NCBI GenBank assembly: GCA_963678885.2
Contig: CAXXFG010000006.1
Span: 6,344-70,343, forward strand
DNA length: 64,000 nt
Source: Desulfobacterales bacterium
GTDB lineage: Bacteria; Desulfobacterota; Desulfobacteria; Desulfobacterales; JAFDDL01
Reading direction: 5' to 3'
Under the pieces are notes generated by a model. The model ran no database searches, was not told where the DNA came from, and saw nothing but the letters and a program-made list of their open reading frames with translations. Positions within the stretch are counted from its first letter, which is position 1. The number at the start of each line of letters is the position of its first letter. The translations under genes were made by a program, and so were the position numbers. Of this stretch, positions 27,006 to 35,443 are shown piece after piece.

Positions 27006-28580
27006 TTGGGCTTTGAAATGTTAAAGGAAACCTATGCCGGCGGCATCAGTCCGATCACCATCGGAAAAGGCGATGGCGCTGTGACCGTCGGGGGGGAAAC
27101 GTGTTATCCGTTCTATCAATTCGAAGGGGAAATGCCGAACAAACCCAGGATTGCGATGGAAGTCTGGGACATGGCACCCGACGACTGGCCGGAATCGGCC
27201 AAGGCGCCGTTTGCGGACGTGCTGGATGACCCGGCGGCATGGGCAAAAAAATGTGTTGCGGAATGCGGCGCCGATATCGTGGTGCTGCAGCTGAAAAGCA
27301 CCGACCCCAACGGCAAGGACGCCGGCGCCGACGCGGCCGTTGCCACGGTGAAAAAGGTGCTGGGGGCCATCAACGTGCCCCTGGTGGTGTGGGGCACGGC
27401 CAATGTGCAAAAAGACGAGGAGGTGCTCAAGAAGATATCCGAGGCCTTCGATGGCGAGCAACTGATCCTCGGCCCCGTGGAAGATAAAAACCACAAGGGG
27501 ATCGGGGCCAGCGCCATGGGCTTCGGCCACACCGTGATTTCCTCTTCTCCCATTGACGTCAACCTGGCCAAGCAGATCAACATCCTGCTGGAAAACCTGG
27601 GCGTTCCGCTCAACCGGGTGATGATCGACCCCACCACCGGTGGACTCGGCTATGGGCTTGAGTACTCTTTCTCGGTGATGGAGCGCATCCGCATGGCGGC
27701 GCTGACCCAGGGGGACGACAAGCTTCAGCTTCCCATCATTAACAATCTCGCCAACGAAATCTGGAAATCCAAAGAGGCCAAGCAGAGCGCGGAAGAGGCG
27801 CCGACCCTCGGGGATCCCGAGAAACGGGCCATCCTGATGGAGGCCGTGGCCGCCGTCACATACCTGATGGCCGGCTCCGACATCCTGATCATGCGGCACC
27901 CCGAATCCGTCCGGATGGTCAAGGCCTATATTGACGCCCTCACCGATGGGGGGTCACTGGCCGATTTGGCGCCCATTCACAAAAACCTGCCCGAGGTCAA
28001 GGTCGACCTGGCCGCCCTTGCGCCTGCGCCGGACCTGACCATCAAAGAGGAAAAGAAGGCTGCTCCGGTGAAGAAAGCCGCCCCGGAAAAGAAAGCCGCC
28101 CCCAAAAAAGAGGCGGCGCCGCCGGCCGCGGCAAAGACGCCCGCACCGGCCCCGGAGACGAAACCCGCTCCTGCCCCCGCGGCTGCGCCGGTGGCGGATG
28201 CCCAGGCTGCGGCGAAGGCGAAAATAGAGGCGGAAGTCCGCGCCCGGATCGAAGCTGAAATGCGCACCAAGGTGGACAGCGCGACCCAGGCCAAGATCGA
28301 TGCCGAGGCCAAGGAGAAAGCGGAAGCCGCGGCAAAGGCCAAGGCGGACCAAGAGGCCCGCGCCAAGGCAGAGGCCGACGCCAAGATCGCGGCGGAAGCT
28401 GCGGCCAAGATCGCGGCGGAAGTCGCCCGCATCCGTGAAAAAGTCACCGAAGAGCGTGCCAAACAGCGGAAGGCCCTGGAAGCGGCCAGGAAAAAAGCGG
28501 CATCCGAAGCCGCGGCGGAGCCGTCAAAACTAGACGCCATTCTCCGTTACCTGGATCGTGTTCACCGGCGGGCCGCCTGA
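27006..28580 (+). CDS. acsD: Corrinoid Fe-S protein small subunit (CODH/ACS delta) with a long Ala/Lys/Glu-rich C-terminal extension
   Basis: AAGGAGG lies 6 nt before TTG 27006 (an alternative ATG is at 27018). The N-terminal ~330 aa read like AcsD/CdhD (VTVGGETCYPFYQFEGEMPNKPRIAMEVWD). The last ~180 aa are low complexity. Confidence 0.8.
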   Translation: MGFEMLKETYAGGISPITIGKGDGAVTVGGETCYPFYQFEGEMPNKPRIAMEVWDMAPDDWPESAKAPFADVLDDPAAWAKKCVAECGADIVVLQLKSTDPNGKDAGADAAVATVKKVLGAINVPLVVWGTANVQKDEEVLKKISEAFDGEQLILGPVEDKNHKGIGASAMGFGHTVISSSPIDVNLAKQINILLENLGVPLNRVMIDPTTGGLGYGLEYSFSVMERIRMAALTQGDDKLQLPIINNLANEIWKSKEAKQSAEEAPTLGDPEKRAILMEAVAAVTYLMAGSDILIMRHPESVRMVKAYIDALTDGGSLADLAPIHKNLPEVKVDLAALAPAPDLTIKEEKKAAPVKKAAPEKKAAPKKEAAPPAAAKTPAPAPETKPAPAPAAAPVADAQAAAKAKIEAEVRARIEAEMRTKVDSATQAKIDAEAKEKAEAAAKAKADQEARAKAEADAKIAAEAAAKIAAEVARIREKVTEERAKQRKALEAARKKAASEAAAEPSKLDAILRYLDRVHRRAA

Positions 28581-28644
28581 TTTGTCGGCCCGCGGCAGTT
28601 TTCCATTCGTTCCAAATCAATATCCTCAATGAAGGAGGAAAGAA

Positions 28645-30855
28645 ATGTCCAAATTAGTAGCATTTGCGGCCATACAGGGCGGCTATAATATTGTTTCGCG
28701 CGTGGAGGGCGAATATCAAAAGGCCCTCGATACATACAATGCCAGCACCCAGGTCGGGTTTCCCAATACGGCGTATTACCTGCCGGTCATCTATTCACTG
28801 CTCGGCCTGAAGGTCGAAACACTGGAAGATATGAAAAAGCCCCTGGAATTCGCCCGGGGTCTTCTGCCCCCCCACATCAAGGGGCAGAACCATGTGCCGT
28901 ATCTCGGCCCCCTGCTGGATGCCGGGATGGCGGCCCTGCTGGCCTTTGAAATCAAGGAGGCGCTCCGGTATCTGACCGATCCGGATTTCTATCTGCACTC
29001 CGAGGAAATAGACGAAGACGCCGGAAAAATCTGGCTGGGCGCCGCCGACGACACGGTCTTCCGGAAACGCGGCGTGGAGTTCGTGGACGGATCCGCCCCC
29101 GGCTTCGCCGCCATCGTGGGGGCCGCCCCCAATCCGGACATCGCCAAGATGATCGTGGAGGATTATCAGAAAAAGAGCCTCTATATCTTTTTGGCCGCCA
29201 ATCACAACGGCACCACCGTGACCCAGCAGCTTCTGGAGGCCGGCGTCCAGATCGGCTGGAACACCCGTATCGTTCCCTTCGGTCCGGACATCTCTTCGGC
29301 CATTTTCGCCCTCGGCTTCGCCAACCGGGCCGCCATGGCCTTCGGCGGCGTCCAGCCCGGTGATTACAAAAAGATGCTGCTCTACAACAAGGATCGTATC
29401 TTCGCCTTCGTCAACGCCCTGGGAGAAGTCGGCACCGAGTGGGGCGCCGCGGCGGCGGGCTGTGTCAACTGGGGTTTTCCGACCCTGGCCGACACGGACA
29501 TTCCTGAAATCCTGCCCACCGGCGTGTGTACCTACGAGCACGTGGTGGCCAACGTGGCCCACGAAGAGATGTGCCAGCGGTCCGTCGAAGTCCGCGGCCT
29601 CAAGGTCACCGTTTCCGAAATCGACATTCCCATGGCGTTTGGTCCGGCCTATGAAGGGGAGCGGGTCCGGGGCAAGGATCTGCATGCCCAGTGCGGCAGC
29701 AAGACCCAGTGCACCGAGTTGGTGAAGCGCGCCGAGATGAACGAGATCGAAGACGGGAAGGTAATTCTGGACGGGCCGGACGTCACGAATCTCAAGGAGG
29801 GGGACACCTTTGATCTGGCGATTTACGTCCAAGTGGCGGGCCGGGAGTTCCAGACCGATTTCGAGCCCATTCTCGAACGGCAGATCCACCACCTGATCAA
29901 CTATATCCAGGGCATCATGCACATCGGCCAGCGGGACATCTCCTGGATCCGCATCAGCAAGGCGGCCATGGAAAAGGGCTTTTCGCTCAAACATCTCGGC
30001 GTGGTGCTGCATGCCAAGTTCCACCAGGATTTCCAGAAGATCGTCGACAAGGTCCAGGTGACACTGTTCACCAAGAAGGCCGATGTTGAAAAGATGACCA
30101 AGCGGGCAAGGGCCGAGTACAAGACCCGTGACGAGCGGGTGGAGAAAATGACCGACGAGGATGTGGAGATCTACTACTCCTGCACCCTCTGCCAGTCCTT
30201 CGCGCCCAGCCACGTGTGTACGGTCAGCCCCGAGAGAACCGGTCTTTGCGGAGCCTACAACTGGATGGACTGCAAGGCGTCCTACGAGATCAACCCCACC
30301 GGTCCCAACCAGCCCATCGAGAAGGGCGAATGCCTGGATCCGAAACTCGGCCAGTGGAAAGGCGTCAACACCTTTGTGCGGCAGGCGTCCCGGGGGGCCA
30401 TCGACCATTACAATTTTTACTCCATCGTGCATGACCCCATGACCACCTGCGGGTGCTGCGAGTGCATCGCCGCCACCCTGCCGGCCTGCAACGGGGTGAT
30501 GACCGTCAACCGGGAATACGCCGGCGAGACCCCTTGCGGAATGAAGTTCACCACCCTGGCCGGGGTGATGGGCGGCGGGGCCTCTTCTCCCGGGTTTGTC
30601 GGGCATTCCAAGTACAACATCACCCAGCGCAAGTTTGTTGCCGGAGACGGCGGTCTTGCCCGGATGGTGTGGATGCCCAAGATGCTCAAGGAGGAAATCC
30701 GTGAGCGCATCGAAAAGCGCGGCGAAGAGATGGGAATCCCCAATTTTTACGACATGATCGCCGATGAAACGGTGGGGACCACCGAAGAGGAAGTCCTTGC
30801 GTTCCTCAAGGAGAAAAATCACCCCGCCCTTTCCATGGATCCCATTGTCGGCTAA
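28645..30855 (+). CDS. acsB: Acetyl-CoA synthase catalytic subunit (bacterial CODH/ACS AcsB)
   Basis: 736 aa with RBS GGAGG. The N-terminus is AIQGGYNIVSRVEGEYQKAL...GFPNTAYYLPVIYSL. The Cys cluster CTLCQSFAPSHVC...CGA...CGCCEC fits the A-cluster-binding region. Confidence 0.9.
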   Translation: MSKLVAFAAIQGGYNIVSRVEGEYQKALDTYNASTQVGFPNTAYYLPVIYSLLGLKVETLEDMKKPLEFARGLLPPHIKGQNHVPYLGPLLDAGMAALLAFEIKEALRYLTDPDFYLHSEEIDEDAGKIWLGAADDTVFRKRGVEFVDGSAPGFAAIVGAAPNPDIAKMIVEDYQKKSLYIFLAANHNGTTVTQQLLEAGVQIGWNTRIVPFGPDISSAIFALGFANRAAMAFGGVQPGDYKKMLLYNKDRIFAFVNALGEVGTEWGAAAAGCVNWGFPTLADTDIPEILPTGVCTYEHVVANVAHEEMCQRSVEVRGLKVTVSEIDIPMAFGPAYEGERVRGKDLHAQCGSKTQCTELVKRAEMNEIEDGKVILDGPDVTNLKEGDTFDLAIYVQVAGREFQTDFEPILERQIHHLINYIQGIMHIGQRDISWIRISKAAMEKGFSLKHLGVVLHAKFHQDFQKIVDKVQVTLFTKKADVEKMTKRARAEYKTRDERVEKMTDEDVEIYYSCTLCQSFAPSHVCTVSPERTGLCGAYNWMDCKASYEINPTGPNQPIEKGECLDPKLGQWKGVNTFVRQASRGAIDHYNFYSIVHDPMTTCGCCECIAATLPACNGVMTVNREYAGETPCGMKFTTLAGVMGGGASSPGFVGHSKYNITQRKFVAGDGGLARMVWMPKMLKEEIRERIEKRGEEMGIPNFYDMIADETVGTTEEEVLAFLKEKNHPALSMDPIVG

Positions 30856-30942
30856 ACGGCGGCGGCCCATGATCACAAACCTTGACGCGGCGGTGTACGG
30901 GCGTGAAACCCGGCGCCGCCGCGAGAAGATAAGGAGAATAAA

Positions 30943-32280
30943 ATGGCATTAACCGGTATACAGATTTTCAAACTCCTGCCGAAGACCAACTGCAAGGAGT
31001 GCGGCGTGCCCACCTGTCTGGCCTTCGCCATGAACCTTGCGTCCGGCAAGGCGGAACTCGACAGTTGCCCCTATGTTTCCGACGAGGCCAGGGAGAAACT
31101 GGCCGAGGCGTCCGCACCGCCCATCCGTCCGGTGGCGCTGGGAAAGGGCGTGCGTGCGGCGGTCAGCGGCGGGGAGACCGTGCTCTACCGTCATGAAAAG
31201 ACTTTCTACAACCCGACCCTGCTGGCGGCCATGGTGCCCGGGGATATTTCCGACAAGGCCCTCAAGGCGAAACTCAAGGGGTGGAACGCGTTGCAGTACG
31301 AGCGGGTGGGGCTCAACCTCCGGCCGGAACTCGTGTGCGTAAAGGACGCCGGGGACAAGGCGAAGTTCGCCAAGGTTGCCAAGACCGTGGCGGAAACCTC
31401 CGAGTTCAACCTCATTCTCATGACCGGGGATGCGGAGGCCATGAAGGCCGCCGTGGAGGTCACCAAGTTCAAGCGTCCCCTCCTGTATGCCGCCACGGCG
31501 GAAACCGCGGACGCTTTCGGCGCCATTGCCAAAGACAACGACCTGCCCCTTGCGGTCAAGGCGGACAGCGTTGAAAATTTGATTCCGCTCACCGAAAAAC
31601 TCACCGGCATGGGGCTCAAGGATTTGGTGCTGGATTCCGGTGCCCGGGAAGTCAAGCAGAGCAACCAGGACAATATCGTGATCCGGCGGGCCGCCCTCAA
31701 ACAGGGGAACCGGTCGCTTGGATTTCCCACCATCAATTTCCCTTGCGAAATGGCCGCAAACCTCGACGTCGAGACCCAGATCGCGGCCATGCAGATCGCC
31801 AAATACGGCGGCATCGTTGTGCTGTCGGATTTTGTCGGGGAAAGTCTCTTTCCGTTGCTGCTTGAGCGGCTCAACATCTACACCGACCCCCAGCGGCCCA
31901 TGACCGTCACGGAGGGGATCTACGAGATCGGCACGCCGGACGAGAATTCGCCCGTGCTGGTCACCACGAACTTTGCGCTCACCTACTTCATCGTATCCGG
32001 TGAAATCGAGGGCAGCAAGGTGCCCGCATGGCTGCTCATCAAGGACTCCGAGGGCCTCAGCGTGCTCACCGCCTGGGCGGCCGGAAAATTCTCCGGGGAC
32101 GATGTGGGTGCGTTCGTCAAGAAATCCGGTATTATGGACAAGGTGAAACACACCGAATTGATTCTTCCCGGTTATGCGGCCGCCATCGCAGGGGACGTGG
32201 AAGAAGAACTGCCCGGATGGACCATTACCGTCGGGCCGCGTGAAGCGGCACACCTGCCGGCGTTTCTTAAATCCAGATAA
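30943..32280 (+). CDS. acsC: Corrinoid Fe-S protein large subunit (CODH/ACS gamma)
   Basis: 445 aa with RBS AAGGAG. The N-terminal 4Fe-4S motif is LPKTNCKECGVPTCLAFAMNLASGKAELDSCPY. Confidence 0.85.
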   Translation: MALTGIQIFKLLPKTNCKECGVPTCLAFAMNLASGKAELDSCPYVSDEAREKLAEASAPPIRPVALGKGVRAAVSGGETVLYRHEKTFYNPTLLAAMVPGDISDKALKAKLKGWNALQYERVGLNLRPELVCVKDAGDKAKFAKVAKTVAETSEFNLILMTGDAEAMKAAVEVTKFKRPLLYAATAETADAFGAIAKDNDLPLAVKADSVENLIPLTEKLTGMGLKDLVLDSGAREVKQSNQDNIVIRRAALKQGNRSLGFPTINFPCEMAANLDVETQIAAMQIAKYGGIVVLSDFVGESLFPLLLERLNIYTDPQRPMTVTEGIYEIGTPDENSPVLVTTNFALTYFIVSGEIEGSKVPAWLLIKDSEGLSVLTAWAAGKFSGDDVGAFVKKSGIMDKVKHTELILPGYAAAIAGDVEEELPGWTITVGPREAAHLPAFLKSR

Positions 32281-32318
32281 GCCTGAGAGCTGTGCTGCTT
32301 CAACCAAAAGGAGGAACT

Positions 32319-33209
32319 ATGTTATTGATCGGCGAGAGTTTGAACGTGATTTCCAAAAAGATCGGCAGGGCCTTCAAGGAAAGGGACCCGAAACCGATTC
32401 AGGAAGAGGCCCTGTTTCAGAAGGAAAAGGGCATGGACTATATCGATATCAACCTGGGGCCGGCCAAGAAGGACGGCCATGAGCTGATGCCCTGGGTGGT
32501 GCAGGTGGTGCAGGACGTGGTGCCGGACCTGCCCCTGGCCCTGGATACTTCCAACATCGACGCCATCGAAGCCGGTCTCAAGGTGGCCAAGGACTGCGGC
32601 ACACCCCACATGATCAATTCCATCATGTGCCGGCCCGAACGTTATGAGCGCATGGTGCCCATGGCGGCGGAATACAACGCGGATTTCATCGCGCTCATGT
32701 GGGGTCCCGATGGACTGCCGCGGGATGAGAACGAGCGGGCCGCCCTCTGTGTTGAGCTGCTCTACTTTGCCAACGAGGCGGGTATCGCCAACGAGAAGAT
32801 ATGGGTGGACGGTATCGTGACGCCGGTGAACATCCAGCAGCCCCAGGCCATCAGCCTGATGAGCTTTCAGGAGATGATTCCGGAAATATCCCCCGGCGCC
32901 AAGAGCACTTGCGGTCTTTCCAATATTTCCAACGGCGTGCCCGATCACCTGCGCAACATCATCAACCGCACTTACATGGTGATGCTCCAGAAATGCGGGA
33001 TGGTTTCCGTGATTGCCGACCCCCGGGACGATCTGCTGATCGACATTGCCAAGGGAAATCGCCAGGACATTGTTGACCTGGTGTACGGCATGGTGGACGG
33101 CACCGACCCGGACATGGCCGGCCTGTCCAAGGAATTGCAGGATTACGCCAAGACCGTGAACGTCATTCTCGGAAAGACGCTCTTTTCCGATTCTTGGCTC
33201 GAGGTCTAA
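32319..33209 (+). CDS. acsE: Methyltetrahydrofolate:corrinoid Fe-S protein methyltransferase (pterin-binding domain)
   Basis: The ORF track gives 32292..33209; ATG 32319 follows AAAGGAGG. Contains LLIGESLNV...YIDINLGP...LALDTSN and SNISNG, typical of MeTr/DHPS-like proteins. Confidence 0.8.
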   Translation: MLLIGESLNVISKKIGRAFKERDPKPIQEEALFQKEKGMDYIDINLGPAKKDGHELMPWVVQVVQDVVPDLPLALDTSNIDAIEAGLKVAKDCGTPHMINSIMCRPERYERMVPMAAEYNADFIALMWGPDGLPRDENERAALCVELLYFANEAGIANEKIWVDGIVTPVNIQQPQAISLMSFQEMIPEISPGAKSTCGLSNISNGVPDHLRNIINRTYMVMLQKCGMVSVIADPRDDLLIDIAKGNRQDIVDLVYGMVDGTDPDMAGLSKELQDYAKTVNVILGKTLFSDSWLEV

Positions 33210-33232
33210 TAAGCCGTGGCGTGTTTTTCAGA

Positions 33233-33267
33233 AAGCCTCCCCCTTACGGGGGGGAGGCTTTTTTTGT
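33233..33267 (+). terminator. Rho-independent terminator after acsE
   Basis: AAAGCCTCCCCC-TTAC-GGGGGGGAGGCTTT followed by a T run, about 25 nt after the acsE stop. Confidence 0.85.
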
Positions 33268-33311
33268 TGGCGGCGGCGGTGTTCCACCCGCCGCGGTGAT
33301 AGGAGTACCTC

Positions 33312-33938
33312 ATGGCGCGCATAGATGATTATGCGGCCGCCGTTGCGCTGGCGGCCGAACGTCTTTCCAAGATCCCCTTTGAGACCCTGGTGGCCCGCAG
33401 CGGCGTAACGGCGGCCGGGCCCGACCGCTTCCTGATCGATTTTCTGGGCAGCCGGTATGGTGTTTCCTACCCGGCCTTTTCGTTTTCTCCTGCACAGGAA
33501 GCGGGGGCGGCACCTCCCGTTCCACTCCAGGAGCAGGTTTTGCTGCTGCACTACCTGGAAGCCGACGGACAGGCCCCTGTGGGCCGGTGGATCACCTACC
33601 GTGAGATTCCCGGCGCTTCCTTCTATTTTCCGGCCTTTGTCAAACGTGCCGTCGACCCACTGAAAAAAGGGTTCGGTGCGGACGTGTCCCTTCTGGCCTC
33701 AGCGGCCGCACACCTCGATGCCGCACCGGTGCCCGCGGGCGATGCCGCATTCACCTTCCAGGTGCTGCCGCGCATTCCGGTGCAGTTGATCCTCTGGGAG
33801 GGGGACGCGGAGTTTCCGCCGGAGGCCAACATATTGTTCGATGAGTCCGTCGGCACCCTGCTGCCCCCCGAAGACATTGCCTGGTTGGCCGGCATGCTGG
33901 TCTACAAGCTGCTGGGGCTGATGCGTTCCGGGAAGTGA
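33312..33938 (+). CDS. DUF3786-family protein (commonly linked to acs clusters)
   Basis: 208 aa. The assignment is from memory of DUF3786 proteins adjacent to acsE. No catalytic motif recognised. Confidence 0.55.
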   Translation: MARIDDYAAAVALAAERLSKIPFETLVARSGVTAAGPDRFLIDFLGSRYGVSYPAFSFSPAQEAGAAPPVPLQEQVLLLHYLEADGQAPVGRWITYREIPGASFYFPAFVKRAVDPLKKGFGADVSLLASAAAHLDAAPVPAGDAAFTFQVLPRIPVQLILWEGDAEFPPEANILFDESVGTLLPPEDIAWLAGMLVYKLLGLMRSGK

Positions 33939-33957
33939 CGCGCTTCCCGGGGCCCGG

Positions 33958-35244
33958 TTATTCCCCCGGCTGGTGCTTCAGGTATGGGGGCAGCAGGGGA
34001 AACGCCTCGGTGGGGGAGAGCAGGGGTTTTTCATCGTTCACCTTCCAGCCGGCGGCCTTGCTTTCGGCAGCGCCGAGATCGATGGGGGGCTGTTCTTCGC
34101 GGAGGGGCACCTGTTGCGCATCGGTGAACGGGACGACCACGGGTCCGTCGCTGTCCAGGACGAAGGCCAACCGGCCGGTCGCCAGGTGCACCACGCTTCC
34201 GGGGGGGTAAATGCCGACGGACTTGACAAAAGCGTGCAGCAACCGCTGCAACCGTTCGTCTTTGCCGGCATAATCCCGCACGATGCCGGTCACCACGGCC
34301 ACAGGATTGAAGGCGTCCTTGTAGCAGCGCTTGGAGGTCATGGCGTCATAGATGTCCGCAAGCTTGGCCACAGCCACATGGATGGGGGGAGGGTCGTGGT
34401 CAATCCGGGGGTAACAGCGCGGCTCATCTTTGAACAATGCGGCATGGTGGTATAGGACAATGTCCCGGATCAGGGGGGCCTTGATCCGGTTTTTTTTCAG
34501 AACGGTCGCCCCCGTTTTGTAGGAATGGCCCTTTACCACTTCGAATTCCGCCGCTGTCAGTTTGCCGGCTTTGTTGAGAATTTCCTGTGGGATCAAAACC
34601 TTGCCGACGTCATGGAGGAAGAGGCCGGTGGACATGTCAAACAGGGCCTGGTGGTCGTTTGCGGACAGGTCTTCGGGAAAAAGGGCGGCGGTTTTTTTGA
34701 TGATGGCGGTGCCGATGGTGCAGACATTGATGGCGTGGTGGTACAGGTAGTCGTCGTATGAGAAAATGTCCCGGGTCAGATAGAAAAACGCGCTGTCGTT
34801 CTGGGTGATAAAATCGAACAGCTCCGTCACCGCGGTTTCCACGGTCTGGAGTTCGAACTCGCCGCCGGTTTTTTGGATGGTGCTGATGACTTTCTTGATG
34901 CTCTCTTTTGCCTCCCGGTATTTCTGCGTCGCTTCCGTTTTGACCCTGGTGATCCGGGCCACCCGCTCTTCAACGCTGGGGCGGGCCGCGGTATCGGCCG
35001 GCGGGGTCGGCAGGATATTCTTTCCGTCCTGATCCCACAGGCCGCCGGCCAGTTCGGGATCGATGGACAGGGTGTCGATGCTGTTCTGCTTGATGATTTC
35101 CAGGGGCTTTGTACTACTGATCAGGACGTTTTTTTCAAGCAGCAGGCGGCCGTCCCGGCTGTATATGTCCACGCCGGTTTTGACCGTGCCGCCGTTGTTT
35201 ACAATGGCGATCAGCTGATCAATACGAACGGTTCGTTTTTTCAC
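33958..35244 (-). CDS. HD-domain signalling protein, HD-GYP-like with a degenerate GYP motif
   Basis: 428 aa. HHAINV and LFLHDVGKVLIP give the HD signature. Where HD-GYP proteins carry HHExxDGSGYP, this one has YHHAALFKDEPRCYPR. Confidence 0.7.
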   Translation of the reverse strand: MKKRTVRIDQLIAIVNNGGTVKTGVDIYSRDGRLLLEKNVLISSTKPLEIIKQNSIDTLSIDPELAGGLWDQDGKNILPTPPADTAARPSVEERVARITRVKTEATQKYREAKESIKKVISTIQKTGGEFELQTVETAVTELFDFITQNDSAFFYLTRDIFSYDDYLYHHAINVCTIGTAIIKKTAALFPEDLSANDHQALFDMSTGLFLHDVGKVLIPQEILNKAGKLTAAEFEVVKGHSYKTGATVLKKNRIKAPLIRDIVLYHHAALFKDEPRCYPRIDHDPPPIHVAVAKLADIYDAMTSKRCYKDAFNPVAVVTGIVRDYAGKDERLQRLLHAFVKSVGIYPPGSVVHLATGRLAFVLDSDGPVVVPFTDAQQVPLREEQPPIDLGAAESKAAGWKVNDEKPLLSPTEAFPLLPPYLKHQPGE

Positions 35245-35443
35245 AATTCTCTGTTACCTCCCAAGGGAAAATGCATTCCTTTTTCAGAATACCACAGCGT
35301 CGATTGCAACAAGAAGCAATTTTTCGGCGCGGCGCCGGTGCCGGCGCGCGGTTTGCCCCGGGAAACGGCGGGGATTTTTAAAGGTTATAGCGCGTTGGCG
35401 GCCCCGTGGTTCCAAGGCGGCCGTCAAATAACCTTGAAAAACC

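Noticed and set aside
28795-30876. 693-aa minus-strand ORF opposite acsB, and similar long antisense ORFs at 30949..32307, 35378..36880, 36989..39340, 39793..41121, 44142..46115 and 19789..21018
   Set aside because: Each mirrors a + strand gene with recognisable family motifs (AcsB, AcsC, PPDK-like, GAPDH, M16, MrpD). None shows motifs, an RBS or operon logic. Long open antisense frames are expected at this GC content.
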